Assembly (NCBI GenBank): GCA_963750165.1
Contig: CAVVPN010000011.1
Span: forward strand, 1,664,001 to 1,728,000
DNA from: an uncultured Gemmataceae bacterium
GTDB lineage: Bacteria; Planctomycetota; Planctomycetia; Gemmatales; Gemmataceae
Reading direction: 5' to 3'
Length of the DNA stretch: 64,000 nt
The notes below the pieces were generated by a model. It was not told where the DNA came from. It ran no database searches and worked only from the letters and a program-made list of their open reading frames with translations. This document shows positions 38,840 to 47,810 of this stretch, piece by piece (position 1 is the stretch's first letter; the number at the start of each line of letters is the position of its first letter). Both the position numbers and the translations under genes were made by a program.

Positions 38840-40060
38840 CTATTGTTCCTTGACGACAGCGACCTGCGAGTTGAGCGCCATGGTGTAGGCGGCCAGCAGC
38901 GTCTGCAGCGCGTGGTAGGCGTCCTCGTCGCCGCTCCCCGCCGGGGCGAAACGCAGGCCGTTGGCGCTCATGTAGCTCACCAGATCCTGCACGTTCTTGC
39001 CCTCGCCGGCGAATTCCTTGTGGAATTCGATGTTGCGCGGCACGTCGCCGCTCTGAATGGCCACCAGGGCGTCGTCGAACTCATTGAGGAAGCGCTTGGC
39101 CGCGAGATACTGCTGCGTCGGCAGATCGTTAGCCCGCTTCAGCAACTTCTCGCGCAGAGTGTCGATGTCGCTCTTCATGCTGATGACGAGGTTGTCCGGC
39201 GGAGTCTTTTTGGCGGCGAGCCGGTAGGCTTCGCGGGCGTCGGCGGCGATGTCGTCCCGCTGCTTCACGGTGGTAAGTTCGCGCAGGGCGGTCGGCCAAT
39301 CGAACTGACCCTTGGTGCGCAGCAGACCGATGTTGCCGTGGCTCTTGCCGCCGCGCACGTTCACGTGCTGCAGCAGTTTCTCGTTGAGCGGGATCGGGTG
39401 GAGCTTCGGCCCCCTGGCCATCGTCTTCTTGCCCAGATCATCGGCCAACAGGTTCTGGGAACTGCCGGCCATGATTTCGCCGAGGGTGGGCGCGTTCAGG
39501 GCGCGATCCTGGCTGATTTTGAGGTTGCGTTTGGCGTTGTCCGTATAGGTGGGCGTGTTGGCCCGCTCGTAGGCCATCAGATCGATCATCTTTTTCTTGG
39601 TGTCGAGTTTGGCCTGGATGGCCACCTCGCGCAGGATGCGCGTCTGCTCCGAGGAGATGCCCAGCTGGCCGTAGGAGTTCATCACCGCAGCCTCGCCGTA
39701 CAGGGTGCCGAGGCTGTAGAAGCCGTTGTAGGGGTCGTACGGACCCAGGCCGCCATAGCCGCCGCCGCCGTAGCCGCCGTAGCCGCCGTAGCCGCCGAAG
39801 TTGCCGCCCACGACGGACGGCGTGTAGGGGTTGTAGCCATACATCCAGGGCGGGAACTGGCCGTAGGTGCGGCCGACGACATTGGTGTTGTACGCCCACT
39901 GCTTGAGCTGCATCCCCGGCATGATGTACGGGTTGGTCACGACTGGGTTCAACTGCTGGACGCTCGGGAAGCCCCGCTGCGCCGCGGCTGGCGTCGCCAG
40001 CACCGCCATCAGGGCGACGGCTGTTAGCACCGCGGCCCCGCGTTTCGCAAAGGTCAACAT
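38840..40060 (-). CDS. Hypothetical exported protein with a (YGG)n low-complexity segment
   Basis: Signal peptide MLTFAKRGAAVLTAVALMAVLATPAAAQ; GGYGGYGGYGGGGYGG; C-terminal GLRFAPA..GDEDAY.AL. Confidence 0.75.
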   Translation of the reverse strand: MLTFAKRGAAVLTAVALMAVLATPAAAQRGFPSVQQLNPVVTNPYIMPGMQLKQWAYNTNVVGRTYGQFPPWMYGYNPYTPSVVGGNFGGYGGYGGYGGGGYGGLGPYDPYNGFYSLGTLYGEAAVMNSYGQLGISSEQTRILREVAIQAKLDTKKKMIDLMAYERANTPTYTDNAKRNLKISQDRALNAPTLGEIMAGSSQNLLADDLGKKTMARGPKLHPIPLNEKLLQHVNVRGGKSHGNIGLLRTKGQFDWPTALRELTTVKQRDDIAADAREAYRLAAKKTPPDNLVISMKSDIDTLREKLLKRANDLPTQQYLAAKRFLNEFDDALVAIQSGDVPRNIEFHKEFAGEGKNVQDLVSYMSANGLRFAPAGSGDEDAYHALQTLLAAYTMALNSQVAVVKEQ

Positions 40061-40328
40061 GGTCGGCCTCTCTTTACCACTATGTTCGGCTTTTTCAGCC
40101 CCCAAATATCCCTGTTGCGCACCCGTTCCCGGAACGGAGTAGCTAATTTATATTCTAGTCCAGGTGGGGTGGCAAAAACAAGCAACAATCGCGGTGGGCA
40201 GCCTGCGCGGGGAGCCGGGATGCGGTTACGACCGGTTCGGCGCTTGCGGCGCGGCGGCCGGCGCTTTACCATGCCGGGACGGCATCCGTGTACGGCGGCA
40301 GCTTTCAGCAACTCCGGGAGGTGCAGCG

Positions 40329-41552
40329 ATGACGTGGCAGCGTTCCCTGGTCGGCGGCCTGTTCCTTCTGACTGGTGCGTTTCTGGCGGCGCCGACCGCG
40401 GCCCGGCCCGGCCCAGTCCAGGCGCCGGCGGCGCAGGCGCAGAAGCCCGGCAAACTCTGGGTCTTCCTCGGCACCTATACGCGCGGCAGTAAATCCAAGG
40501 GCATCTACCGCTGCGAGTTCGACGCGGCGACCGGCAAGCTGACGGAGCCCAGGCTCGCCACCGAGGCGGACAATCCCTCGTTCCTGGAGGTCCATCCCAG
40601 CCGGCAGTTCCTGTACTGCGTCAACGAAATCGACGACTTCAACGACAAAAAAGAGGGAGCGGTCAGCGCCTTCCGGCTCGATGTCAAGGACGGCAAACTG
40701 GAACTGCTCAACCAGCTCTCGACCGGCGGCGAGGGGCCGTGTCACGTCAGCGTGGACCCGACCGGCAAGACGGTGCTGGCGGCGAACTACGGCGGCGGCA
40801 GCGCCTGCGCCTTTCTGCTCGACTACGAAAACGCGGACCCGGCGGAGCGGGGCCGCCTGCGCCAGCGCACCTCGTTCGCGCAGCACAATGGCAAGGGCAC
40901 CGACGCCAAACGCCAGGAGGCCCCGCACGCCCACTGCATTATCACCGACCCGGCCGGCAAGCTCGTGCTCATCGCCGACCTTGGCCTGGACAAGATCATC
41001 CTCTACAGCCTTGACGCCGCCAAGGGCGCCCTCGGCACCCACCGGCCGCCCTACGCCGATCTGACGGCCGGCGCCGGCCCGCGCCACCTCGCCTTCCACC
41101 CCAACGGCAAATACCTCTACTGCATCAATGAGCTGAATTCCAGCGTGACCGCCTTCCGCTACAACGCCGACAAGGGCAGCCTGACGCCGTTCCAGATGAC
41201 CTCAACGCTGCCCAAGAAGTTCAAGGGCGAAAACACCGCCGCCGAGGTCGCGGTCCACCCGAGCGGCAAATTCCTGTACGGCTCCAACCGCGGCCACAAC
41301 AGCATCGCCGCCTTCAAGATCGACGAGCAGACCGGCCGCCTGACGCTCATCGCCCTGCAAACGAAAAACATCAAGACGCCGCGCAACTTTGCCATCGATC
41401 CGAGCGGCACTTTCCTGCTGGTCGCCAACCAGGACGCGGACAACGTCGTCGTTTTCCGCATTGACCCCAAAACTGGAACGCTGACCGAAACCGGTGTGAC
41501 CGTGCCGGTGCCGCGGCCTGTCTGTATCAAGATGGTGCCGCGCAACCCCTGA
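40329..41552 (+). CDS. 6-phosphogluconolactonase-like lactonase (beta-propeller), exported
   Basis: GTYT, NPSFL, GPCHVS, ANYGGG, RQEAPHAH, DLGLD, GAGPRH, SNRGHNSI, PRNF. Confidence 0.9.
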   Translation: MTWQRSLVGGLFLLTGAFLAAPTAARPGPVQAPAAQAQKPGKLWVFLGTYTRGSKSKGIYRCEFDAATGKLTEPRLATEADNPSFLEVHPSRQFLYCVNEIDDFNDKKEGAVSAFRLDVKDGKLELLNQLSTGGEGPCHVSVDPTGKTVLAANYGGGSACAFLLDYENADPAERGRLRQRTSFAQHNGKGTDAKRQEAPHAHCIITDPAGKLVLIADLGLDKIILYSLDAAKGALGTHRPPYADLTAGAGPRHLAFHPNGKYLYCINELNSSVTAFRYNADKGSLTPFQMTSTLPKKFKGENTAAEVAVHPSGKFLYGSNRGHNSIAAFKIDEQTGRLTLIALQTKNIKTPRNFAIDPSGTFLLVANQDADNVVVFRIDPKTGTLTETGVTVPVPRPVCIKMVPRNP

Positions 41553-41621
41553 TCCGGCGGCCGTGCGACGGTGTCTATTCCAATAGTCGAGCCAAACCAT
41601 CTCACCCGTGACGAGGGTGCC

Positions 41622-42329
41622 ATGACGACCTCCTTCAGCTGTCCGAAGTGTAACAAACTGTTGAAACTGGGCCAGCCCGTGGCGGCCGGCACCAAGGTCA
41701 AGTGTCCGCAGTGCGCCGCCATCTTCGCCGCCCCGGGCGCGGAGAACGCCTTCGCGCCGCCGGCCCGCCAGCAGCGCCCAGCGGCGGCGCCGGCGCCGTC
41801 CCGCGACGAGGAGGAGCCGCGGCCGCGCCGCCGCGACGAGGATCTCGACTTCGAGGAGGACGACCGGCCCCGGTCGCGCCGCAAGAAGAAGAAGGCCGGC
41901 GGCGGCCTGCCGGGCTGGGCGCTCGGCCTGATTATCGGCGGCTCGGCGTTCCTGGTGCTGCTGATCGTCGGCGTCATCATCCTGATTGTTGTGCTCAACA
42001 ACCGCTCACCGCGGCAACAGCTCGTCGGCCGCTGGGAGCCGACCGCCGGCAACGCGCGGTTCGGGCCGCGGGGCGGGCCGCAAAGCATGATCCTCGAGTT
42101 CACCTCCGGCAATGAGGTCAAGATCAGTGTCACGGCGGGGCAGCCGGGCATGCAGAACCTCAACGCGAACCTGTCCGGCACATACCGCTGGGTTGACGAC
42201 CGGACGATTGAGATGAATATCGCGTTCGTGCCCACGACCCTCTTCTCCGTGAGTATCAGCGGCGACACGCTCACCATGACGCCGAAGAACGGCGTGGGAG
42301 GGCCGGAGTCGTTCCGCCGCGTACGCTGA
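41622..42329 (+). CDS. Zn-ribbon/single-TM membrane protein, paralog 1
   Basis: CPKC...KVKCPQC, charged linker DDRPRSRRKKKK, TM, beta-rich C-domain LVGRWE...SGTYRW. Confidence 0.75.
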   Translation: MTTSFSCPKCNKLLKLGQPVAAGTKVKCPQCAAIFAAPGAENAFAPPARQQRPAAAPAPSRDEEEPRPRRRDEDLDFEEDDRPRSRRKKKKAGGGLPGWALGLIIGGSAFLVLLIVGVIILIVVLNNRSPRQQLVGRWEPTAGNARFGPRGGPQSMILEFTSGNEVKISVTAGQPGMQNLNANLSGTYRWVDDRTIEMNIAFVPTTLFSVSISGDTLTMTPKNGVGGPESFRRVR

Positions 42330-42354
42330 GGCCGCCAGCCGCGGCGGGGGTGTT

Positions 42355-42993
42355 ATGGCGAACTCCTTCACCTGTCCGAAGTGCGACAAATTGTTGAAGC
42401 TCAGTCAGTCCGTGGCGGCCGGCACCAAGGTCAAGTGCCCGCAGTGCGCCACCATCTTCGCCGCCCCGGGGGACGGCGATGAGGACGCTGACGTGGCGCC
42501 GCCGCGGCAGCGCTCTCGCCGCGACGAGGAGTTCTACGAGGACGAGGACGACCGCCCACGGCCGCGGCGCAAGAAGAAGAAGGCGGGCGGCGGTATGCCG
42601 GGCTGGGCGCTCGGCTTGATTATCGGCGGCCCCATCCTGCTGGTGCTGCTCATCGTCGGCGGCATCGTGCTATTCCTCATACTCAGCGGTAATGCGGCAC
42701 GGCAGCAGCTCATCGGCCGCTGGGAGGTGACGAACCACCCGGGGTTGGGGACCCAGGTGTATGAGTTCACCTCTGACGGCCGGATCAAGATCAACACCTC
42801 GGTCAGGCAGCAGGGCATCAACGTCGGCGGCCTGGATATGAGCGGAACCTACCGCTGGGTGGACAACCAGACGATTGAGATCACATTGCTGGGGATCCCG
42901 CTCCCCCACACGGTCAACCGCAGCGGCGACACACTCACCCTGACCCCGCAGGCCCCCGGCAGCCGGGCGACGACCTTACGCCGCCTACGCTGA
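42355..42993 (+). CDS. Zn-ribbon/single-TM membrane protein, paralog 2
   Basis: Same architecture as 41622..42329, with near-identical N-terminus and TM. Confidence 0.78.
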   Translation: MANSFTCPKCDKLLKLSQSVAAGTKVKCPQCATIFAAPGDGDEDADVAPPRQRSRRDEEFYEDEDDRPRPRRKKKKAGGGMPGWALGLIIGGPILLVLLIVGGIVLFLILSGNAARQQLIGRWEVTNHPGLGTQVYEFTSDGRIKINTSVRQQGINVGGLDMSGTYRWVDNQTIEITLLGIPLPHTVNRSGDTLTLTPQAPGSRATTLRRLR

Positions 42994-44619
42994 GGCGGGG
43001 TGTAAAAAGCCGGTGCAGAACGCCCGCAGTTCCGCCTCCGGGTACAGGCAGAAGGAGTAATCGCGCCGCCCGAGCACCTCACGCAATCGTAGTTCCGCTT
43101 GCAGACGCTCCAGACGTGCCTGCGCGACCTCGACTTCCCTGGCCACGAAGGGCCGTAATTGCTCCCCGACCTGTCGCAGCGTGCGAAAGCGCTCGGCCCG
43201 CTCCTGGCGCGTGGCGGCCGTCTGCGCGGCCAGCCCCCGTTGACGTTCCGCCAGCGCCGTTGCCGCCGCGACCGCTCCGACCAGGTGCCGCTGTGGGTTC
43301 CAGTACAGGTCGCGCAACTGGCGCTCCGCCTGGTGCGCGTCCGCCGGCGCCGCCGGCGGCCGCGGCAGCGGCAACAGCAGCGTCGCCGACAGCACCAGGA
43401 AACGCGGCGGCTCGGCGCCGTAAAAGCGCCGGCTGATCTCGTCGGTCAATTCGTCGTACTTGCCGCCGCCGATGCCGTGAATGAACAGGTCGCACAGGAA
43501 CAACCGCGCGAACAGCGTGTTGGTCAGCGCCCGGCTGCGGATTTTCAGACCGTGCTGCTCCAGCTCGCGCAGCGCCGCCACCGTCTGTTGCGGCTCCGCG
43601 GCCGGCAGCGTCGGCCACTCCTCAGTGCCGACGCGCAGCGCAATACGGTCGGCGTGGCGCCGCGCCAGCAGTCGGCCGCGCCGCTCCTGACCGCTGCGCC
43701 ACGCCCAGAACGGCGCCTCCAGCCAGTCGCCCTGGCGTGCCAGGTCCGGCACCGGATGGTTGCGGCTATGGATGTCGTTGGCTCGGCGGTAGTCGTTGAC
43801 GACGGCGTTGTAGGTCGCGTGGAAGTGCGGCAGTTCGCCCAGCAGGTGAGCCGCGAACCAAGCGAACGGCTCCGTCCGGCAGACGGCGCTGACGGGGACT
43901 TCGAGGTTGTGACAGCCCCAGCGCCGCTCCCAGGCCCGCCGCGCCGCCGCCAAACGTTCGCCCAGCAGCGGCGTCCGCCGTGCCTGCCGCCGGGCCTCCT
44001 CCCAGAAGACCGGCAGCAGCGGTTGATAGGGCCAGTCGCGGAAGAACGGGGCGGCGCGCTCCGGCAGGCTGGCGAACAGCTCCTCATCGCGGATGGTGCG
44101 CTCTTCGTAGGGCACCTCGCTGGCCCAGTGGTCGAAGGAGACGGACTGGACATGCGGCACGACCTGGGGCAGATATTCCAGCCTGCCAACTCCTCGGCGG
44201 GGTAGAAAACCTACCCCATGTGCGGGGATTTTCAGCAGGCTGCTCTTGTTGGTGTCGTTATCGACGACGAGGTTGACCGGCACGAGGCCGTGGACACGGG
44301 CCAGGCCCTGCAGCGCGAAGTTCTTGACCCAGACGCCGGGGTGAAACAACTCCGGCTGATGGCCGGCCATCACCACCGCATCGCGGTCCACGTCCGGCAC
44401 CGGTTCGCCAGCCTGGCTAAGGTACGCGGTGGCAGCGTCCAGCACCGCCCGCCGTGCCTGTCGGCGCAACTCCGGCCACGGCCGGCCCAGCAGCGTGCTG
44501 GTGGCGCAGTCCAGCAGCCGGCGGTTGTCCGCCAGGACGGCGCCGACCGTGGCCAGCGGCGGCTCGGCCAGAACAGCGCCGTCCGCGGCGGGCGCTCGCA
44601 GGGGGTGTGCCTGGTTCAC
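42985..44619 (-). CDS. Conserved hypothetical protein, BshC/WbqC-like HUP-fold candidate
   Basis: GTG at 44619 overlaps the GT2 stop (GTGA); motifs AGHQPELFHPGVWVK, VVDND, RALTNT, HGIGGGKYD, coiled coil, YSFCLYP. Confidence 0.7.
   Translation of the reverse strand: MNQAHPLRAPAADGAVLAEPPLATVGAVLADNRRLLDCATSTLLGRPWPELRRQARRAVLDAATAYLSQAGEPVPDVDRDAVVMAGHQPELFHPGVWVKNFALQGLARVHGLVPVNLVVDNDTNKSSLLKIPAHGVGFLPRRGVGRLEYLPQVVPHVQSVSFDHWASEVPYEERTIRDEELFASLPERAAPFFRDWPYQPLLPVFWEEARRQARRTPLLGERLAAARRAWERRWGCHNLEVPVSAVCRTEPFAWFAAHLLGELPHFHATYNAVVNDYRRANDIHSRNHPVPDLARQGDWLEAPFWAWRSGQERRGRLLARRHADRIALRVGTEEWPTLPAAEPQQTVAALRELEQHGLKIRSRALTNTLFARLFLCDLFIHGIGGGKYDELTDEISRRFYGAEPPRFLVLSATLLLPLPRPPAAPADAHQAERQLRDLYWNPQRHLVGAVAAATALAERQRGLAAQTAATRQERAERFRTLRQVGEQLRPFVAREVEVAQARLERLQAELRLREVLGRRDYSFCLYPEAELRAFCTGFLHPASA
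44164..44219. repeat. Degenerate REP-like dimer inside a coding sequence
   Basis: ctggggcagatattccagcctgcc-aactcctc-ggcggggtagaaaacctaccccat (17/24 complementary). Confidence 0.5.
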
Positions 44620-45371
44620 CGACAGGTTCCCCGCGGCCAGGCGTCGCAGCAAGCGGTCGGCAGCGTGACGTGTCCGGCCCGGCTCTCCTCTTGCAGGGCA
44701 TCGCAGATGACCTGGCGGTAATGCGCCAGCCGCTGTTCCGCGTTGTCGAACACGCCGCCGAAGGCTCGCGTCGGGTCGAGGTAAACGCGCGGCACCCCCA
44801 CTTCCTTGACGCGCAGCCCCTGCCGCGCCGCCCGCACCCACAGTTGCAACGGCATGCCCCAGCCGGTTTCGGTGATGTGCAGACGGGCCAGCGCCTCGCG
44901 GCGGTACGCCTTGAAGCCGCAGAAGGCGTCCGTCAGGTGCAGGCCGAGCAGGTCGTTGAGTTCCGCGGTGATGGTCTGGTTGATGCGGCGGCGATCCTCC
45001 GGCGGCAGCGTGTCCTGGCGGAAGTCGCGCAGGTAGCGGCTGCCGGAGACGATGTCGGCGTCGTGGATGGCCTCCAGCAGCACGGGGATGCGAGCGGGCT
45101 CGTGCTGGCCGTCGCAGTCCATGGTGACGAGCACGTCCGCGTCGCTGCGCAGGCCGTGAGCGAACGCGGAGATCAGGGCGGCGCCGTAGCCGCGGTTCTG
45201 CCCGTGTGTGATGATGTCCAGGTCGCGCTGCCGGGCCAGCAGTTCGCCGGTGCGGTCGGTGGAGCCGTCGTTGATGACGAGGATGTGCGGGCTGTAGCGG
45301 CGGACCTCGTCGAGGACGTGTTCCAGGTGCCGTTCTTCGTTGAAGACGGGGATCGCGGTTAGCAATTTCAT
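44616..45371 (-). CDS. GT2 glycosyltransferase (DPM1-like)
   Basis: IPVFNEE, INDGSTD, NRGYGAA, MDCDGQH, VSGSRY, TDAFCGFKAY. Confidence 0.92.
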   Translation of the reverse strand: MKLLTAIPVFNEERHLEHVLDEVRRYSPHILVINDGSTDRTGELLARQRDLDIITHGQNRGYGAALISAFAHGLRSDADVLVTMDCDGQHEPARIPVLLEAIHDADIVSGSRYLRDFRQDTLPPEDRRRINQTITAELNDLLGLHLTDAFCGFKAYRREALARLHITETGWGMPLQLWVRAARQGLRVKEVGVPRVYLDPTRAFGGVFDNAEQRLAHYRQVICDALQEESRAGHVTLPTACCDAWPRGTCR

Positions 45372-45457
45372 GTGGCACCCACCTTTCGCGAATGAAGAAA
45401 TTAAGAGGGCGAAATCATTCTAACCAGGGTCAAAGGGATGTCAAACAACCGGAAAAA

Positions 45458-45520
45458 GGTCGGAGCCCGAGCGCCAGCGCGGGGCCAGCGCTGCCCCGCG
45501 CTGGCGCTCGGGCTCCGACC
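45458..45520. repeat. Perfect 28-bp inverted repeat (REP-like; related to the 9188 element)
   Basis: ggtcggagcccgagcgccagcgcggggc-cagcgct-gccccgcgctggcgctcgggctccgacc. Confidence 0.88.
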
Positions 45521-45676
45521 AGAAGCAAGAACCGCCCAGGGGCTGTCATTCTCGCGCCCGATGCCGGCGCGCCTTGCCAGATCGGCATACCGCCGGCACA
45601 GGAAGCAATACCATCCTCGTTGCCCAAGTCTTACAGGAAAAACAACTAGGAGTTCACGCCCCGTGACGCCAGGGTT

Positions 45677-45692
45677 TGGCACACGACTTGCT
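45677..45692 (+). promoter_or_regulatory. sigma54 promoter of the hsp20 pair
   Basis: TGGCAC-ACGAC-TTGCT, a near-consensus -24/-12; palindrome TGCC-AGATC-GGCA ~100 bp upstream. Confidence 0.75.
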
Positions 45693-45765
45693 AATTTCAA
45701 GTTGAGAGGCTCGTAGCAAACGTCCTGCGACCACGATCCACATCATTTCACAAAGGAGAGGGGCC

Positions 45766-46212
45766 ATGAGACAGACGCGCTGGCAACCGCTCAACCCACT
45801 GTGGAACCAGCTGCAGCAGTTCCAGAACGAGATGAACCACCTGTTCGCGCGCTGGAACGACAACGACCGCGGCGTTGCCGCTGGTAGCTACCCGCCGGTC
45901 AACGTGCTGGAGGACGGCGACACCATTTTGGTTGAGGCGGAGGTGCCCGGCCTGGACCTGAAGGACCTGGAGATTTACGTCACGGGCACCAACCAGCTGA
46001 CGCTCAAGGGCGAGCGCAAGCCGTTGGCGCCGGACAAGGGCACGCGGCACCGGCAGGAGCGCGGCTTCGGCACGTTCGTGCGCGTGTTGACGCTGCCGTT
46101 TGCGGTGGACGCCAACAAGGTGGACGCCCGTCTGGAGCAGGGCGTGTTGCAGATCAAGCTGGCCAAGCACGAGTCGGCGCGGCCGCGCAAGATCGTCGTC
46201 AAGGGCGAGTGA
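45766..46212 (+). CDS. Hsp20/alpha-crystallin small heat shock protein
   Basis: YPPVNVLED, AEVPG, LTLKGER, ERGFGTFVR.LTLP, GVLQIKLAK. Confidence 0.93.
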   Translation: MRQTRWQPLNPLWNQLQQFQNEMNHLFARWNDNDRGVAAGSYPPVNVLEDGDTILVEAEVPGLDLKDLEIYVTGTNQLTLKGERKPLAPDKGTRHRQERGFGTFVRVLTLPFAVDANKVDARLEQGVLQIKLAKHESARPRKIVVKGE

Positions 46213-46247
46213 GCGAACCCCCAGAACCCCAACCGAGGAGCAAAACC

Positions 46248-46640
46248 ATGGCCGAACAAAATGCCCTGAAGCAGCGAACGAACGCGGGCCAGGCGGAGGC
46301 GACGCGCGGCGGCCAGTATTTCACGCCGAGCGTGGACATCTACGAGACGGACGGCGAACTGACGCTGTGCGCGGACGTGCCGGGCGTCAAGCCGGCGGAC
46401 GTGGACCTGCGTTACGAGCGCGGCGAACTGATCCTGCATGCGAAGGTGACACCGCGACCGCAGCAGGGCCAGTACGTCCACTACGAATACGAGGAGGGCG
46501 ACTTCTACCGCGTCTTCCAGATTCACGAATCGATTGACGCCTCGCGCATCGAGGCGGAGTGCAAGCAAGGCGTGCTGACGGTGCATCTGCCCAAGGCCGA
46601 GTCCGCCAAGCCGCGCCAGGTGCAGGTGCGCGGCGAGTAG
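46248..46640 (+). CDS. Hsp20/alpha-crystallin small heat shock protein
   Basis: PSVDIYET, ADVPGV, FYRVFQI, GVLTVHLPK; RBS GAGGAG. Confidence 0.93.
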   Translation: MAEQNALKQRTNAGQAEATRGGQYFTPSVDIYETDGELTLCADVPGVKPADVDLRYERGELILHAKVTPRPQQGQYVHYEYEEGDFYRVFQIHESIDASRIEAECKQGVLTVHLPKAESAKPRQVQVRGE

Positions 46641-46699
46641 TGTCTTTTCCGCCACTGCTGCAGACGCTTCACCAGGCGGTGCAGGGGCGGGATCCTGGT

Positions 46700-46950
46700 T
46701 CGTAGTACCGCCGGCAGTCGGGACAAGGGCCGACGGGCTCGCTCTGGGTCAGGGTGCCGTCGCGGCAGGCCAGGGTGCGCTCGGTCAGGCCGGCCGCGTC
46801 AGCCTGACCGAGTTGCTCCAGGGCGTTGAGATCGACCTCGGTCAGCGGGCCGTCACCGCAGGCGCGGTGGGCCACGATCTTGCCCCAGCTCTTGGCCGAC
46901 TCACGGATTTCGCGGAGGTCTTCAGGGGAAAATGCGCGGTGCGTCGTGGC
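46700..46950 (-). mobile_element. Decayed IS ORF fragment, ISKra4-like
   Basis: FSPEDLREIRESAKSWGKIVAHRACGDGPLTEVDLNALEQLGQADAAGLTERTL...CPDC resembles the N-terminal ORF of planctomycete ISKra4-type elements; no intact transposase. Confidence 0.5.
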
Positions 46951-47109
46951 GGCTCCTGCCTGGGGGTTACGTAAATCCAGCGGACGCATCCTCCCTGGCG
47001 TTGTATCGCAAGCCCCTTTGCCGGGCAAAGCTGTTCATGACCTCAAGCTCTGAACCAGAGGCCAAAAGCCCTTGACAACCGAGCCGGACAGAATATAGTG
47101 GAAAAGAGT

Positions 47110-47320
47110 AGGAGTACCTTACCAACTTCGGAATCGTGACCGTGAGATTAATTCCCCTCTGGAACACGGCTACGTGTTGGTGTAGGTAGTCTTTGTTCAC
47201 CTCACATACCAGTCGGAAAAACTTCCGGAGGGCGGCCAACAACTTTTCCAGGGAGGGCATTGTCGTGGACTTTTCTGCCCCTGACGCAGTCGTCGTCCCG
47301 AGCGTATCTCGTAGGCCCGG
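47110..47320 (-). mobile_element. IS1595-family transposase C-terminal remnant (frameshifted)
   Basis: YARDDDCVRGRKVHDNAL in one frame and LRKFFRLVCEVNKDYLHQHVAVF in another match the WARDDDGDG.REVH.N.LE...LR.F.GV.K.YL..YV..F tail. Confidence 0.55.
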
Positions 47321-47810
47321 GAATGGTAGCCTCGTCTTCCCCGCAACCCTTCCCAGGCGCCCTGGCACCCCCCGACCACTCATCCGCCCGCACTGCCCCC
47401 AGCAGTAGTCGAACAACCGCTACCGTTAACGAACCTGGACTTCGACTCGGTCTTCCTCCCCGCTCCGCGAACACTGGATCTCGCCGGGGTGGAAGAAATC
47501 GTGGAGGAAACGAGATTACCGCCGCACGAAAGAAGGTCATACAGGGCCGAAGTACCAGTAGCCGAATCTCGTCTTTGGCTCGTCGTGCTTATGAGGATCT
47601 TTCCTGCCGGGGTAATAACAGGCAACTGGATCCATCAGATTCACGAACGGGAAGTCCTTCTCCCCTCCTCTCGATCCGTCTCTTCCGGTCCAGCGGCGGC
47701 AGGCACGGCCCGAAGTTTACCCCCTCTGTCTGGTCGGTGGAAAACCCCAACCCCGATCGCCGCGTAAGCCGGTGTACAATCCAATAAGGTAACTAACGAG
47801 CGAAACGGCT

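Noticed and set aside
39755..39800. (GCCGCCGTA)n tandem repeat as a contingency locus
   Set aside because: It is an in-frame coding repeat for YGG in an exported protein, so unit changes would not shift the frame.
42985..45378. 797-aa ORF as a single protein
   Set aside because: The first ~250 codons are an off-frame shadow of the GT2 gene; the plausible start is GTG at 44619.
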